Origin: Isurus oxyrinchus
Lineage: Eukaryota
Assembly (NCBI GenBank): GCA_026770705.1
Contig: JANJGN010000007.1
Span: 97,402,001-97,466,000, forward strand
Direction: 5' to 3'
DNA: 64,000 bases
Shown: positions 52,801 through 63,834 of the stretch, one piece after another
Layout of the letters: every line of letters starts with the position of its first letter
Position numbering within the stretch: the first letter of the stretch is position 1
Made by a program: the position numbers and the translations under genes
The notes under the pieces: model-generated
What the model saw: the letters and a program-made list of their open reading frames with translations, nothing else
What the model was told of the DNA's origin: nothing
Database searches by the model: none

Positions 52801-55800
52801 ATCATACTGAATACTGTGCAATCATCATTAACAGCCTCACTTATGATGGAGGGAGGGTCGCTGGTGAAGCAGCTGAAGATGGTTAGGTCTAGCACACTAC
52901 CCTGAGGAATTCCCTCAGCAATGTCCAGAGACTGAGAGCATTGACCTGAACAGCCAAAACCAGCTTCCTTAGTGCTAGTAGATATGACTCCAGCAATTGG
53001 AGACCTTACCTGATACCCATTGACTACGGTTTTGCTGGGGCTCCTTCAGCCAAATACTGCCTTGATTTTGAGGGCACTCACTTTCCCCTCACCTCTTGAG
53101 TTCAGTTTATTTGTCCATGTTTGGACAAAGGCTGCAATGAGGTCAGGAACTGAATGGCCTTGGCAGAAGCAAAAGTGGGTTGTAAGTGCCGCTTGTTTGT
53201 TGAATCGATTCATCGCATGGATTTATTTGTTTAAAAATATCCTAATATCTGTTCCTTTCTCTAAAACCCTTTGAATGTCAATTTATAGAAAAACAACCAC
53301 AGTGCCTATAGACCTTTTCAATTAATTTCCAAATAACTCAGTCAAGTAAGTAAAAATCAATTTGTTTTTAACAATCTGTGCTCATTTTCAGTTAGCAACC
53401 CATTCTCTTTTTTGAACCGCCAAGTAATTTTGTCCTGATTTATTGTATTTAAATATTTTTGTGTTAAATTAGCTCACTGGCCGGCAGTTATTGAATTTAC
53501 ACATCGTCACATTTTGAATAAAGATGTAACAGTTGCATTTGTCTAATCATTTTACACCAATCCATGACGAAGGCCTGACCAACAGATTTCCCACAATGAT
53601 AACTCCGAAAACAGGAGACAGATCATGGCCTGGTTCATATAGTTGATGCCATTCCCAAGAACTCATTTTTCATCACCTTCGACTAAATCCCCCATAATCC
53701 ATGCTCGATGGCTGGAACTGGGTCTCTTTATTAACCAGTCTAATTGATGTATCTTTCCGACACACTGTCACAGGGAGAGGGACAGACAGAAACTCCCAAA
53801 TATAGTTAAGCCTAATGGTATGTATACACCCATCAATCATGAACAATGCTGCATAATGATTGAATAAAATATGACAATTAATCAGAATTAAATGCTGATA
53901 TTATCACAGATAGTTTAAGTGTTTTACACTGTTTTGTACTTTAGTCGTTCAATCATGATACAATATGATCCCAGAATAAGAGGGAGAATGTAATTAGCTT
54001 AGTATCTCAGTGAGAGACGATGGCTGTGATTTGTCGATTGGGCCTGACATCTGATGTTGCTTAATTATTTAGCATCCTTCCCTCTGTAAGATGCTAACTT
54101 TCGACTTTTTCTACCCGTTTAGCTCACGGTTCCGCTACTTTCCCCTATATATTTGGATGTGCTGGGGGAGGACTAATAATCCTATTGCTGATAATTCTTG
54201 TCAAGGTTCGGAAAATATGCATAACTAAAGGTAAGACGTACCACTATACTAGTTCAGAATTGGGTTTTATCGTCTAATTACTGTTCAACGCTGCCGTAAC
54301 AGGAAGCTTTTATGGCTCAGTGGGTCCTAAAATGCAATGTAATCTTTAGATTGTTTTCACTATGCGTGGGCAATAATCCTGACGGCATTTCATTTTCTAC
54401 TGTAACAGGGCGTGGTTCTGTAATCTATAAATCTATAAATTAAAAAAAACCACCAATGTTCGAATGTCAAGAGAGGGGCAAAACCTTGAGTAGAAATAGT
54501 CAACCAAGCCCTGGGAATATAACATGTAACAGATGTTCCGCTGTAAAATTAACACCTTTTCATTCAGTAGCAGAAAGGGATGTGACGTCCCTACTGATAA
54601 GTATGATCACTTCGTTTGAATGTTGGATAAGTTTTGCCGGACATGTTCCCGTATCGAGTTCATGATGGAATTGTTCATTGATATAACTTATGCTGTCCAA
54701 CAGGCACAGGGATGACGGATACTATACCCGGCCAATTCGAGAAGCAGGTCAGTTTAATGCTAATGTGATATTGAAATATGCTGCCCACGTACTTCATCGT
54801 TATATCAGTAATGCTGTGACACCAGAGCTCCTCCCGCCAAGTCCGTACGTCCCTCAGTGCTCATCTCTGCTACGATCATGCAGTCAATCACCCATAAGTC
54901 CAGCGATGGAACCCGAGTACATGAAATACACCAGCCCTCGTAGACATTCGAGGATTTGCATTCTGTAAATGCGGATCCGATAGTTGTTCAAATGCGTGAA
55001 GCAGCATAGCTTAGCTCAAAGAACAGAACATGCAGAACATACTCAGTAGGTCAGGCAGCATTTGTAAAGGGAAACAGAGTTAACGTTTCATTTTCATAAC
55101 CAGTCATAACCCAGCTCAATACTGTTATAAACGACATCGCCACCCATGAACATTTCGGGGAATGAGGGAGGGAGGTTGCGGGGAGGGGCTGTGTGTTTAC
55201 AGGGAGTTTCCCCTGCCATTACCTATCCACAGCCCCAATCCTTCCTGCGCGCAGGGCCACTGAGGCCAAACGCATGGTTCTGAACTCAACAAACCCTGAA
55301 CTTCGTCTTCCGTTAAATCAGTAGCACAATCCCACGCCTTGCATAAATTGACTTCGAATAGGTATTTAGGTCATTATCAAGTGCTTCAGGGAATTAGTTG
55401 TCTCTGTTTCCTTGCTTGACTATTGCTGCAAAAGAGTGTTCATCATTTAATTGTTTTAGAATATTGCCTTTAGGTATAGCTATTAAAACTTTAGCTGTAG
55501 ATAAATGCGGACATCTGGTTGAGAAAATGAGATAAACAACTCTGATATAAATGCAGCTCAATGAACTTGGGTTTATTACGCTTCAACTGTGGTTTGTGTG
55601 ACTCTTGTAAGATCGGAGTTGAGAGTGAAATACTCGAACAATGAATTATCCAGCTCTAAGCTTGTAGTAAAAGAAAGAGTCATACAACTAAATTATAAAT
55701 ACAAATTATTCATATGGGTTAACAAGGGAAGCGTGGAAAGTAAAATAATTTATGTTTGAGGACATCCCTGTACAAGCAATGTCGTCATGGAAGCGAGGTG

Positions 55801-56889
55801 AAGCTTTTTTGCCGTTGTTTGTTTAAAAAACTTGTGTGTGTTTGCTGACAGAAGCGATAAGTTCACTTTGGGGAACAGAAGGAGACATTTGTTGCTTTGA
55901 TCTCCGTGTAGCTCTCGGAATTGGGATAGGAAAGACAATAAATGTTAATCAGTTAGTCCTGTCCTTCAATCTGAGTAAATACAAATTTCATCATTTACCG
56001 TGTGGAATACAAGTGGGGCAGTATCTCAGATCGGATTTTCTGAGATGAAAATACAGCTCATGGGTTAAGCTAACTGTGCTCCCTTTAGAGCGTTGTGGCA
56101 GAAAGTAGTTAGTAGAGTTAGCTTGGAGAACTGACAACGCAGTTGGGCATCTGAAGGCCATCCAAACAAGAAGCTAAGACATGTATAGTCGTGAGTTGTG
56201 TATCGGAAAGGTAGAGAGTTTCATAGACAAAAAGCTAATGGAAGGACCCCAACAGAATCTTACGCTGGAGGTTCGCTGGAACACTGGAGAGATTATAAGT
56301 GAATTCTGGAGGGCTGTGACATGGGCGTTGGGATGCATCTTAAATAAGTAAATAAATCTTCAAATTTGTTGCAATGTGTTAAGGAATTATAGGGGTGTGG
56401 TTAAGTAAAAAGTAGAACAGAGCTCATAGCATAATTAATGATAACCTATGATGTTAAATTTCTAATGCCAACATTGTGTGGCTCTTTTTGATATTACATT
56501 GTTCGGTTCTTCATTGTTTGTTTAAAAACGTGAAACCTTGTGCCATGATGTTATGGGTTAATTTCTGGGTGCTCAGATATCTGCTTGAAAAATTAACGGT
56601 CCTTTGCAGGATTGTGACACTATTACCAGACGGGTTATGTCATGCAATCCTATGTCCTGCACAATTTATATGCTTCCTTCGTTGCTCTATTGCGTTTGAT
56701 GACTTGATATTCATCTCATGCTTCTGCACTACCCTTCCTCAGACACAGCATGAAGGAGAGGCGGAGATTCTATCATACACTGCTGTGAAATTCCGTGAAC
56801 AGAAGAAAAATGGGAAACGCAGACATCAGGAAGACCAGACTGTTTATGCTCAGGTACGACTGAGAAACATAACAGCCCATTCGAACTAG
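46807..56889 (+). CDS. Six-exon IgSF type I membrane receptor (leader-VJ-C1-TM-ITIM/ITSM), 318 aa; non-rearranging antigen-receptor-like (SIRP/NKp30/VJC1-like) inhibitory receptor. Exons 46807-46861, 47050-47370, 51398-51679, 54123-54230, 54704-54747, 56743-56889
   Basis: Manual splicing gives 55+321+282+108+44+147=957 nt, an open frame ending in TAG at 56887-56889. All introns are GT-AG with compatible phases 1,1,1,1,0. Domain motifs are diagnostic, and every exon except V has a paralogous counterpart in the upstream copy. Confidence 0.88.
47050..47370 (+). CDS. Exon 2, V-set Ig domain with in-exon J-like segment
   Basis: Acceptor ttctgacag|, donor G|gtgagt. Motifs: TQFP, G.NVSMNC, VYW, L.L.NV.F.DAGVYHC, GNGTELIV. 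Confidence 0.93.
51398..51679 (+). CDS. Exon 3, C1-set Ig domain
   Basis: Acceptor ttcccag|, donor G|gtaaga. C1 signatures: LLCTTAGFFP..VNITW, NEEGLYEASS, YKCQVSHVSL. Confidence 0.93.
54123..54230 (+). CDS. Exon 4, transmembrane exon AHGSATFPYIFGCAGGGLIILLLIILVKVRKICITK
   Basis: Branch-like gctaac, pyrimidine tract, acceptor gtttag|, donor G|gtaaga. A ~21-residue hydrophobic run is followed by basic KVRK. Paralog at 22515-22621. Confidence 0.88.
54704..54747 (+). CDS. Exon 5, 44-nt cytoplasmic micro-exon GTGMTDTIPGQFEKQ
   Basis: caacag| ... cag|gtcagt. It converts phase 1 to the phase 0 needed by the last exon. Same length and splice sites in the paralog (23159-23202). Confidence 0.75.
55424..56619. 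mobile_element. Probable solo LTR in the last intron of the intact gene
   Basis: Same termini and CTAT repeats (55420-55423, 56620-56623) as in unit 1. Confidence 0.55.
56743..56889 (+). CDS. Exon 6, cytoplasmic tail with ITIM (LSYTAV) and ITSM (TVYAQV)
   Basis: Acceptor cccttcctcag|; translation TQHEGEAEILSYTAVKFREQKKNGKRRHQEDQTVYAQVRLRNITAHSN*. Confidence 0.88.
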   Translation, partial: TQHEGEAEILSYTAVKFREQKKNGKRRHQEDQTVYAQVRLRNITAHSN

Positions 56890-59800
56890 GACCACTAGTA
56901 TCTGACCTCAGTAATGTGCATTGACAATCTGCAACTATAATTTTGAGTAACAGGTGCTACTGACATGTCATTGTTGCTTCCACAGATCAAGCAAGGGGCG
57001 GACGTTAAACTGATGTATGTGTCTTTGGATTTCGCCACTTCCCAGAAAACGGAATGAAGGAAGCAGAAGGATATGGGAACAGAGTATACAGAGATAAAGA
57101 AAAAATAGGCAAACGGTGAACACTGGATCTTATAACAAACTTAAAATGTCAATGCTTTTTGCAGTTACATTGGCTGGCCATGCTGCTGTATGAATATTAC
57201 GTCCATCTGAACATAGTAGGTTTCTTTTAAGCTGCATTGTTATTCATCAGGAAGGCAGGAAAAAGCAGAGGATATTAGGAAAGCAAAACGCTGACAACTG
57301 GACCCGGGCCTTTTGTTTTAATCTTCAAACTCTGCAAAATCAAGGAATCTGTGTTTGATATATAGTAGGTTGGGAATCGATAAGGCTAATGATTTGGGCC
57401 ATTACTATATAAGGCTGCATTGCAGTCTTAAATTGTATTTAAAGCACATAAAAAGCTAATCGGCTTTCTACCTTTCCCTCAGTGTTCATGTTCCACAGGG
57501 ACCTCCTCCCAATCTTATTTATCAAAATCCATATTTGTTTTTCTATTCCATTCTATATCATTTGTTGATCAAACTTCTGAAATGTGCCTTTGTGAGTCGC
57601 ATCGATTTTCCCTTGTGATGGGGAACTGTGTGTGCTAAACATTTTCTGACTAAAGAGATTCCTCACAGATGTATTTATATATATATACATATATATATAA
57701 AACCTTGTGTTTATGACTAAAGTTGTTGTCTCAGCCAAAAGTGGAAATATCTGTTCTGTATCTACACTGCCAACGGCTTTTATCATCTTGGAATCCTCCA
57801 TCAGATCACATATCAGCTTTAAAGTCAATCATAAATAAGAAGATGAGTCAGCTATTCAATAGGATGATGGATAATATTCTACCTGAACTGTTCGTTTTCG
57901 CTATTGCCATATCCCTTGACTATTTCAATATGCAATAATATATCTATTTATTTATCGGATATACTCAACGGTAGAGCATCCAAAGACATTTGGGAAATAA
58001 ATCCCAAGTATCTACAAGCCTTTGAGTGAAGAAATGTCCCCTGATCTCCATTGAACCACATTCTTAGTTGTTCTCTATGAATAGGAAAAGGGATTCGATT
58101 ACTCCCTATATCTCTCAGCATTGTATGTACAAATTCATCACAAGTGTGCAATACAGGATGGGCATGACACCACTAGTAATATCTTGGATACAGTGAGCCT
58201 CATTGTTTGACCATGCCATAATTGTTGCTGTACCATGCAGCTTCTCCGGCTCACGAACTAATTATTTTGCAATGAACCGCATATTCCAACACTCCCTATT
58301 TTTAACACCCTGTTGTGATTCCAACTTGCCAATAATATTTTTAATTGCCTCTTCATTCCCACACACTTACTTCGACTGTTTGTTCATCCGAGCCCTGCTG
58401 TGGCTGTTAATCCTCGGCATTCTGACAAACTTCACTTTCTTGACGATTTTAATTGGTTCTCGTTACATCCCCAATCTTCCTTACCCTTTCCTTCCAGTTT
58501 GCAGTTACCTCCTGATGATACATTTTATCGTTCTCCTATATTTTCGAATAATTGTTAATAACTCGTTTCACATAACCCATGTGACAGACTCAAATTTAGG
58601 TTAAAAACAACCACTTCAACTTCCATAATCAACGTTGTTAAGCTTCACCCTCAATATTTCAATGCTCTAGTGCTGGAATGTACTGTCCTTTAGGCGGTGT
58701 GTCCTTACTTGTTTTCACAGTTAGCCTGAAGGAAAGGTCATGGCATCCATTCTTCTTGCATGGTCGCAATGTGTATTTGCCCTTCACCTTTCTAATAGTG
58801 GTGACCACATCCCTGGTCAGTTTAGTTTTTGGGTTCATGTGCATCCCATCCGAGAGGGTTCAGCAACGTTTCCCTTATCTCCAGTATATATAATTCCTAT
58901 ATATTATATAGTGACCCTTCCAAAAATATCATCAAACCTATGCTGTGGAAATGATATTACCCAATTTATCAACGAATCGACACTAAACAACAGAGATGGG
59001 TTTGAACAGAAATGTTTTTGTGTCCTTTGATGTCATGCCTCACATGATTGTTGTTTTTGCTATGTGCCCTGCAAGGCATGTCCTCATTCCCTTCAACCTT
59101 CAACTTCTAATTGAGTGATTTACAGCCGTGTCCCCTTGCCAATCAGAGATTAGGCCCAGGCGTCCCTTTCTTTACCTTCCCTACAAACTTTCCTTCTTCA
59201 CCAGTGGGCAAAGAGTTCGACGCTGGAGGCTATGCTAGTGGCAATGAAATTCTAGATTGAAGCATATTCGCTTTAGTATCAATTTTAAACCCTTGTCAGA
59301 TATGAGTGTTTGAACCCCGATAGATATGTTTTAAACTTGGTTTATCTATGGTGCATTCATCAGTGCATTGATGATTTAACCAAGTTGTCTCAAACGATCT
59401 TTGAAATTCTGGAAAACATATATTTTGTTTCATTGCAAATGTCTCCTTACTTGTCAATTGAAATTCCAGGTCCCTCCCTTCCATAAAAAAACTATATAGA
59501 AACAGAAGTATATCATTTTGCCTCTCGAGTCTGTTCGGCCATTCAAGAATATAATGGCTGATCTGTGAAAAAGCCCCATGTCCTCAATTTTGACTCATGG
59601 CCCTTATTATGTTTTGATGACCAACAATCATCAACCAGATATTTTTTTTAAATATAAAAATAGAAATTAATCTAACACGGATTGTCATTTATGGAATAAA
59701 TATACAGATGTCCACCATCTGTTACGTGTAGAGGTGCTTGTCTACTTCATTCCTAATTCTAGACTTCCAACAAACAGAAATAGCTTTCTTCACACCAACA

Positions 59801-61829
59801 GGCCTATTCAAACTTCAAGCAAAGCTCAATTTTCCCATCTGAATTCCAAGGAATGTTGTCTTTGTGTATGTAATATCCCTTCATAATTTGATCCTGAGAC
59901 AATGTTGTATTGACACGAGGGCAAATTATATATTCCCTCATATTTCTCCATTAATTAATTTGACGCTAGATGTGGTGCCTAGAATTGCTACCCCCCAAAA
60001 CACTTCTCACTCACTTTCAGGCAACTTCGCTTCCCTTTTAGTTAGGGATAATTTTAATTTCGATCCATGAGTAAACCCCAATAACACTTTAGCACCTTTT
60101 GTTTTGACTTCTGCCGAATCCTCATCTTTAGGGAAGTAAAAGAACACTCGTAATAGTGTTCTGCTACATCACAACTCCAGAGATGTAATTTTTACTTTTA
60201 AAGTGCTCAATGTAATGCCGCATGCGAGTAGTTTATTACAATACAGACTGCAGGGGGCAGAGAGACCTGAAATGGTTTGCCATGTACATTTGACATTATC
60301 AGATAATCCAATGGAACTTTAAATTTATACTTTGGGACCTGATAAATAATACGCGACACACGGTGAATCTTTTTTTTTCCATGATTACTGTCTACACATC
60401 TATCTATACCTGTGTGTAATTGAATGACATACCCAGCGCCATCCGGGCATCATCCATGACCTGACATATTAGCGTACATCAGTGGATAAACTAAGTGATT
60501 TATCACTACCCTATCCATTCCGAGGGATATCGCGGCCCATTTTACCTCACATTCCTGAGATAAATTAATTCAAAGGAACGGTGATGAACCTGAGATCTTC
60601 AAGCTATAATCATTTAATTCTAGTCGCGCAACACTGAGCAATTGATTTACTCCTCTGTTTCTGGACACTTTCTCCATTACGCCCATGTCAGCCTCAGTTG
60701 CAACAGGCTGTTGTTCCCGTGTATGTGGCTGTTGTTTAAATTTCAGACTCATTTAATGTGGTGACTTTTGAGAAATGTCGCATGCCATGAAAAACGAGAT
60801 ATAAACATTAATGAACAGGATTTCCTTCTATATCTGATTTTATTCCAAAAAAGAAGCGCCCTGTTACTGGGTTCCGCTAACAGATTAAGTCAAACTAGTT
60901 GGTGACTCTGATCTGGCATTTGACCTTCCACATATTGATGCTCTGGCCGCTTCAGGGACGGCAGAAAAAGCAGTGAGTTCACGTCAACGCAGCAGCTGTG
61001 CTGACGGGAATGTAAAGTAGCAATTCAATTTATAGAGGTTAATGTTGCATTATACAAAACGAGGAGCCAATGTATGTTTAATTTTTATTTGAACAAATAA
61101 CCGTTCATCTATTTGTATTTGCACAACACAGTTCATATCAATTATGTGGAGTGTACATAATCAGCTTTTTCAACGTGACGAGGAAGCCACTGTGAAGTTC
61201 TTCCCGCTCTCCATCGTTAGCGAAAATCAGGATTAAATTAATTGATGTTCTTTCCTATGACGCCATGACATATTTCTCCTGCAACGGCTTATAAAATGAC
61301 ATCGACCTGACAAGTCGCTTTTCCTTCTTTTTTTCTCTTCCCGTGGATATGGTCTGATCAGAGTATTATCCCATGCATTTTCCCCATTTTTATTTCAGAT
61401 TTGCAGTATCTGCAGTACTTTGATATTACAACAAATGATTTATATCAGTGTTGTATCCTTTGGGGTCGGTTTAGGTCTTTACAACAATTGCTCAGGAGTT
61501 AGAAGAGGTTTTAATTAGTCTAACCTTTTCTGGGTAAGTATTGATATAACCCCGGCGGAACCATCCGAATGTTGTGATTTAACCCGCATTTTCGGATGGT
61601 TCCCAGCGCAGCGTAATTGTCCAGAGGAACTATGAATTTCTGGGCAATTGTCATGTAAACCTCACCTGGGAACTTCCCAGAGGGGTTCCCGAACTCATCT
61701 TTGGAATACCCCTCCAAATCCGATGCTGCGGAGCAAGAAGGTTACGGGCCGTTATGTTAAGCATGCATAAAACAATACTTCCACATCAACTGATGTATTT
61801 ATTCGACTTCTAGCCATCGCACGTTAAAG

Positions 61830-62335
61830 ATGCAGAAACGAATCGTGGGAATGATTCCAGCGGTAAGAAACGTAAGCTACGCAGACAGACAGGAGAAGTT
61901 GGGACTGTTTCCCCTGGCAAAAAGAAGCCTGAAAGATTTGATAGAGGGGTTCAAAAGCACTGACGGAGTAGATGGGGGGAAATAATCTTCCCAGTAATAG
62001 TAAGATGGAGAACAAGAGGATACAGAATTAAAGTAAAAGAAGTAATGGAGATATAAGGACCAATTGTTTCACAAAACCAATCGTTAAAATCTAGAATGCA
62101 CGGCCTGAGGGATAGAGGAAGCAGTTTCAATCTAGGCATTTCAGAAGGATTGGATTACTATGTAAGAAAGAAGACTTTGCAGGGCTAGAGAGAGAAGGTG
62201 GTGCATGGCATTAATTGCATTGTTCATTCGGAGAACCGGAAATCCGATGGGCCGGATGTCCCTCTTCAACAACCCCGTAATTCTGTGAACTGTTTTTCTC
62301 CCCATATTCTGTGAACTGTTCTTCTCCCTATATTT
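61830..62335 (+). mobile_element. Old CR1 3' fragment ending in a 26-bp tandem duplication
   Basis: CR1-like 3' sequence with attctgtga tail; attctgtgaactgtt(t/c)ttctccc repeated twice. Confidence 0.6.
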
Positions 62336-62559
62336 CTCCTTAGACATGTACTGTCCACCTTCGTGATTTTTGGCGCCCCGGTTGTCAATGCTCCTCTGGA
62401 AAATGACCCAGCGCTCCCTTGCAGATGTTCTTTGTTTAATGGGTACCAGTCATGCGGTGTTTGAGCGTGATTGAATCAATGACTAATGATAATGGAAGAA
62501 AGGAACATATAACTGCCAAGATGACGCGAGTATTAATGCAATGAAACACTAAACAGGGT

Positions 62560-62660
62560 AAAACCAAAGAAAGTATTGGAGAAAATCAGCAGGCCTGACA
62601 GCATCTGTGGAAAGAGAGAAAGTTAACGTTTCAAATCCACTACGACTGGTCTTCAGAACT
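62560..62660 (-). mobile_element. Degenerate Penelope-type terminal fragment with hammerhead-like core
   Basis: Minus strand agtt-CTGAAGA-ccagtcgtagtggattt-GAAA-cgtt-aact; similar to 495-594. Weaker relatives at ~23470, ~55020 and ~61300. Confidence 0.55.
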
Positions 62661-63834
62661 CCGGAATGAAGTGCAATTTGATGTATGGAGACCATATTTT
62701 GGAGCAGGTCAAGCCATAGTACGCGGCAAACATTCTGAGATTGATCTCCCAGGTGTGCACCCCATCTACTTCATCAATGCTATTAACAGCAGCCCTGTGG
62801 ATATCAGAATTTTACTATCTGCTTTAGTTCAGTTGCACATGTGTAACACGTCACTCACTTCCCCTTTTCAATCACATTCTTGTTGTTCTTTCCGTCTATT
62901 TGTTATCTAGTGCGCGCGTATCTGTGTGTGTGGTTTATTTCTGTCTCTTTCCATAGCTATGCTGTATTGCTCTTTGTTCACTGCATTATTACCCTCGGTT
63001 GCTGCCTCTTGAGCGAGACAGTTCAAACGCATCAACAGTGATGCTGCTGACCGACGAACGTCCTGCAGCAATGGTCAGTACCTCTGTGCGCGAGCGCTCC
63101 ACTGTTTCTGCTCCAATCCAATGCATTTGCACCACTGCTGAGAACTGGATATGCTATTTTTCCTACCAATTTCAATAACGTCAGGATAACCCATGCTATG
63201 CTCCAATAACCATTATTGTCTCACTTATTTAAACTATACATATTGATTTCTACACTCTTTATGTCCTCTTCACAATTTGCTTTCCCTACCTATCTTTGTA
63301 AATCCTATATTTGTATGGATACACAGGTCTGTTTTTTAACCTCTTTTGTTTCTAACTTCCCACAATTTACAAAAAGACTTAAGTTTGAGGAGATCAAGTA
63401 AGATGGTGTTTATGAGTTGCAATCGTATATGCATTTGCTCGTACGTACATAATACAAATACACACACGTAAAATGCATCTGCACATATATATATGGAAAA
63501 CAGAAAGCTTTCTTTCCCCGAAGGAAAATAGCAGGGGCAACACATACTAAAACAAAAGCAAAAACATCACAAATAGAATACAAACATAATAGTTACTTAA
63601 AACATAAACACACACATAAGGCGTGCACACTCCAAGCACAAGAAACATGCACATGAAATACACACATTGTTTCCTATGCACACATGAAACTCACATAAAC
63701 ATGCTAACTGCACAGACATGCAAAACTGAAGAATTAGTCTGGACATTCGTCCAGTGATGTTTCTTTATAGATCAGCTGGGTAAGTACAAATAACACAGAG
63801 ATACACACAAACGCACCTATATAATATGGAGCAG

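Larger units (their letters stand above)
30214..60740 (+). repeat. Segmental tandem duplication, unit 2 (carries the intact gene)
   Basis: Same order of TE fragments and unique segments as unit 1; roughly 80-85% identity by eye. Confidence 0.9.

Noticed and set aside
54690-54968. ORF pair 54690-54968 and 23145-23330 as a separate small gene
   Set aside because: Similarity is explained by the duplication; non-ATG start in unit 1 and different stops; the real micro-exon is read in another frame.
56476-56742. 5' part of the 137-aa ORF leading into the ITIM exon
   Set aside because: It lies in the LTR-like element and intron; only the part after the acceptor at 56742 is supported.
58203-58604. 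133-aa hydrophobic ORF as a membrane protein
   Set aside because: Appears to be the antisense of an A-rich degenerate CR1 fragment; largely deleted in unit 1.
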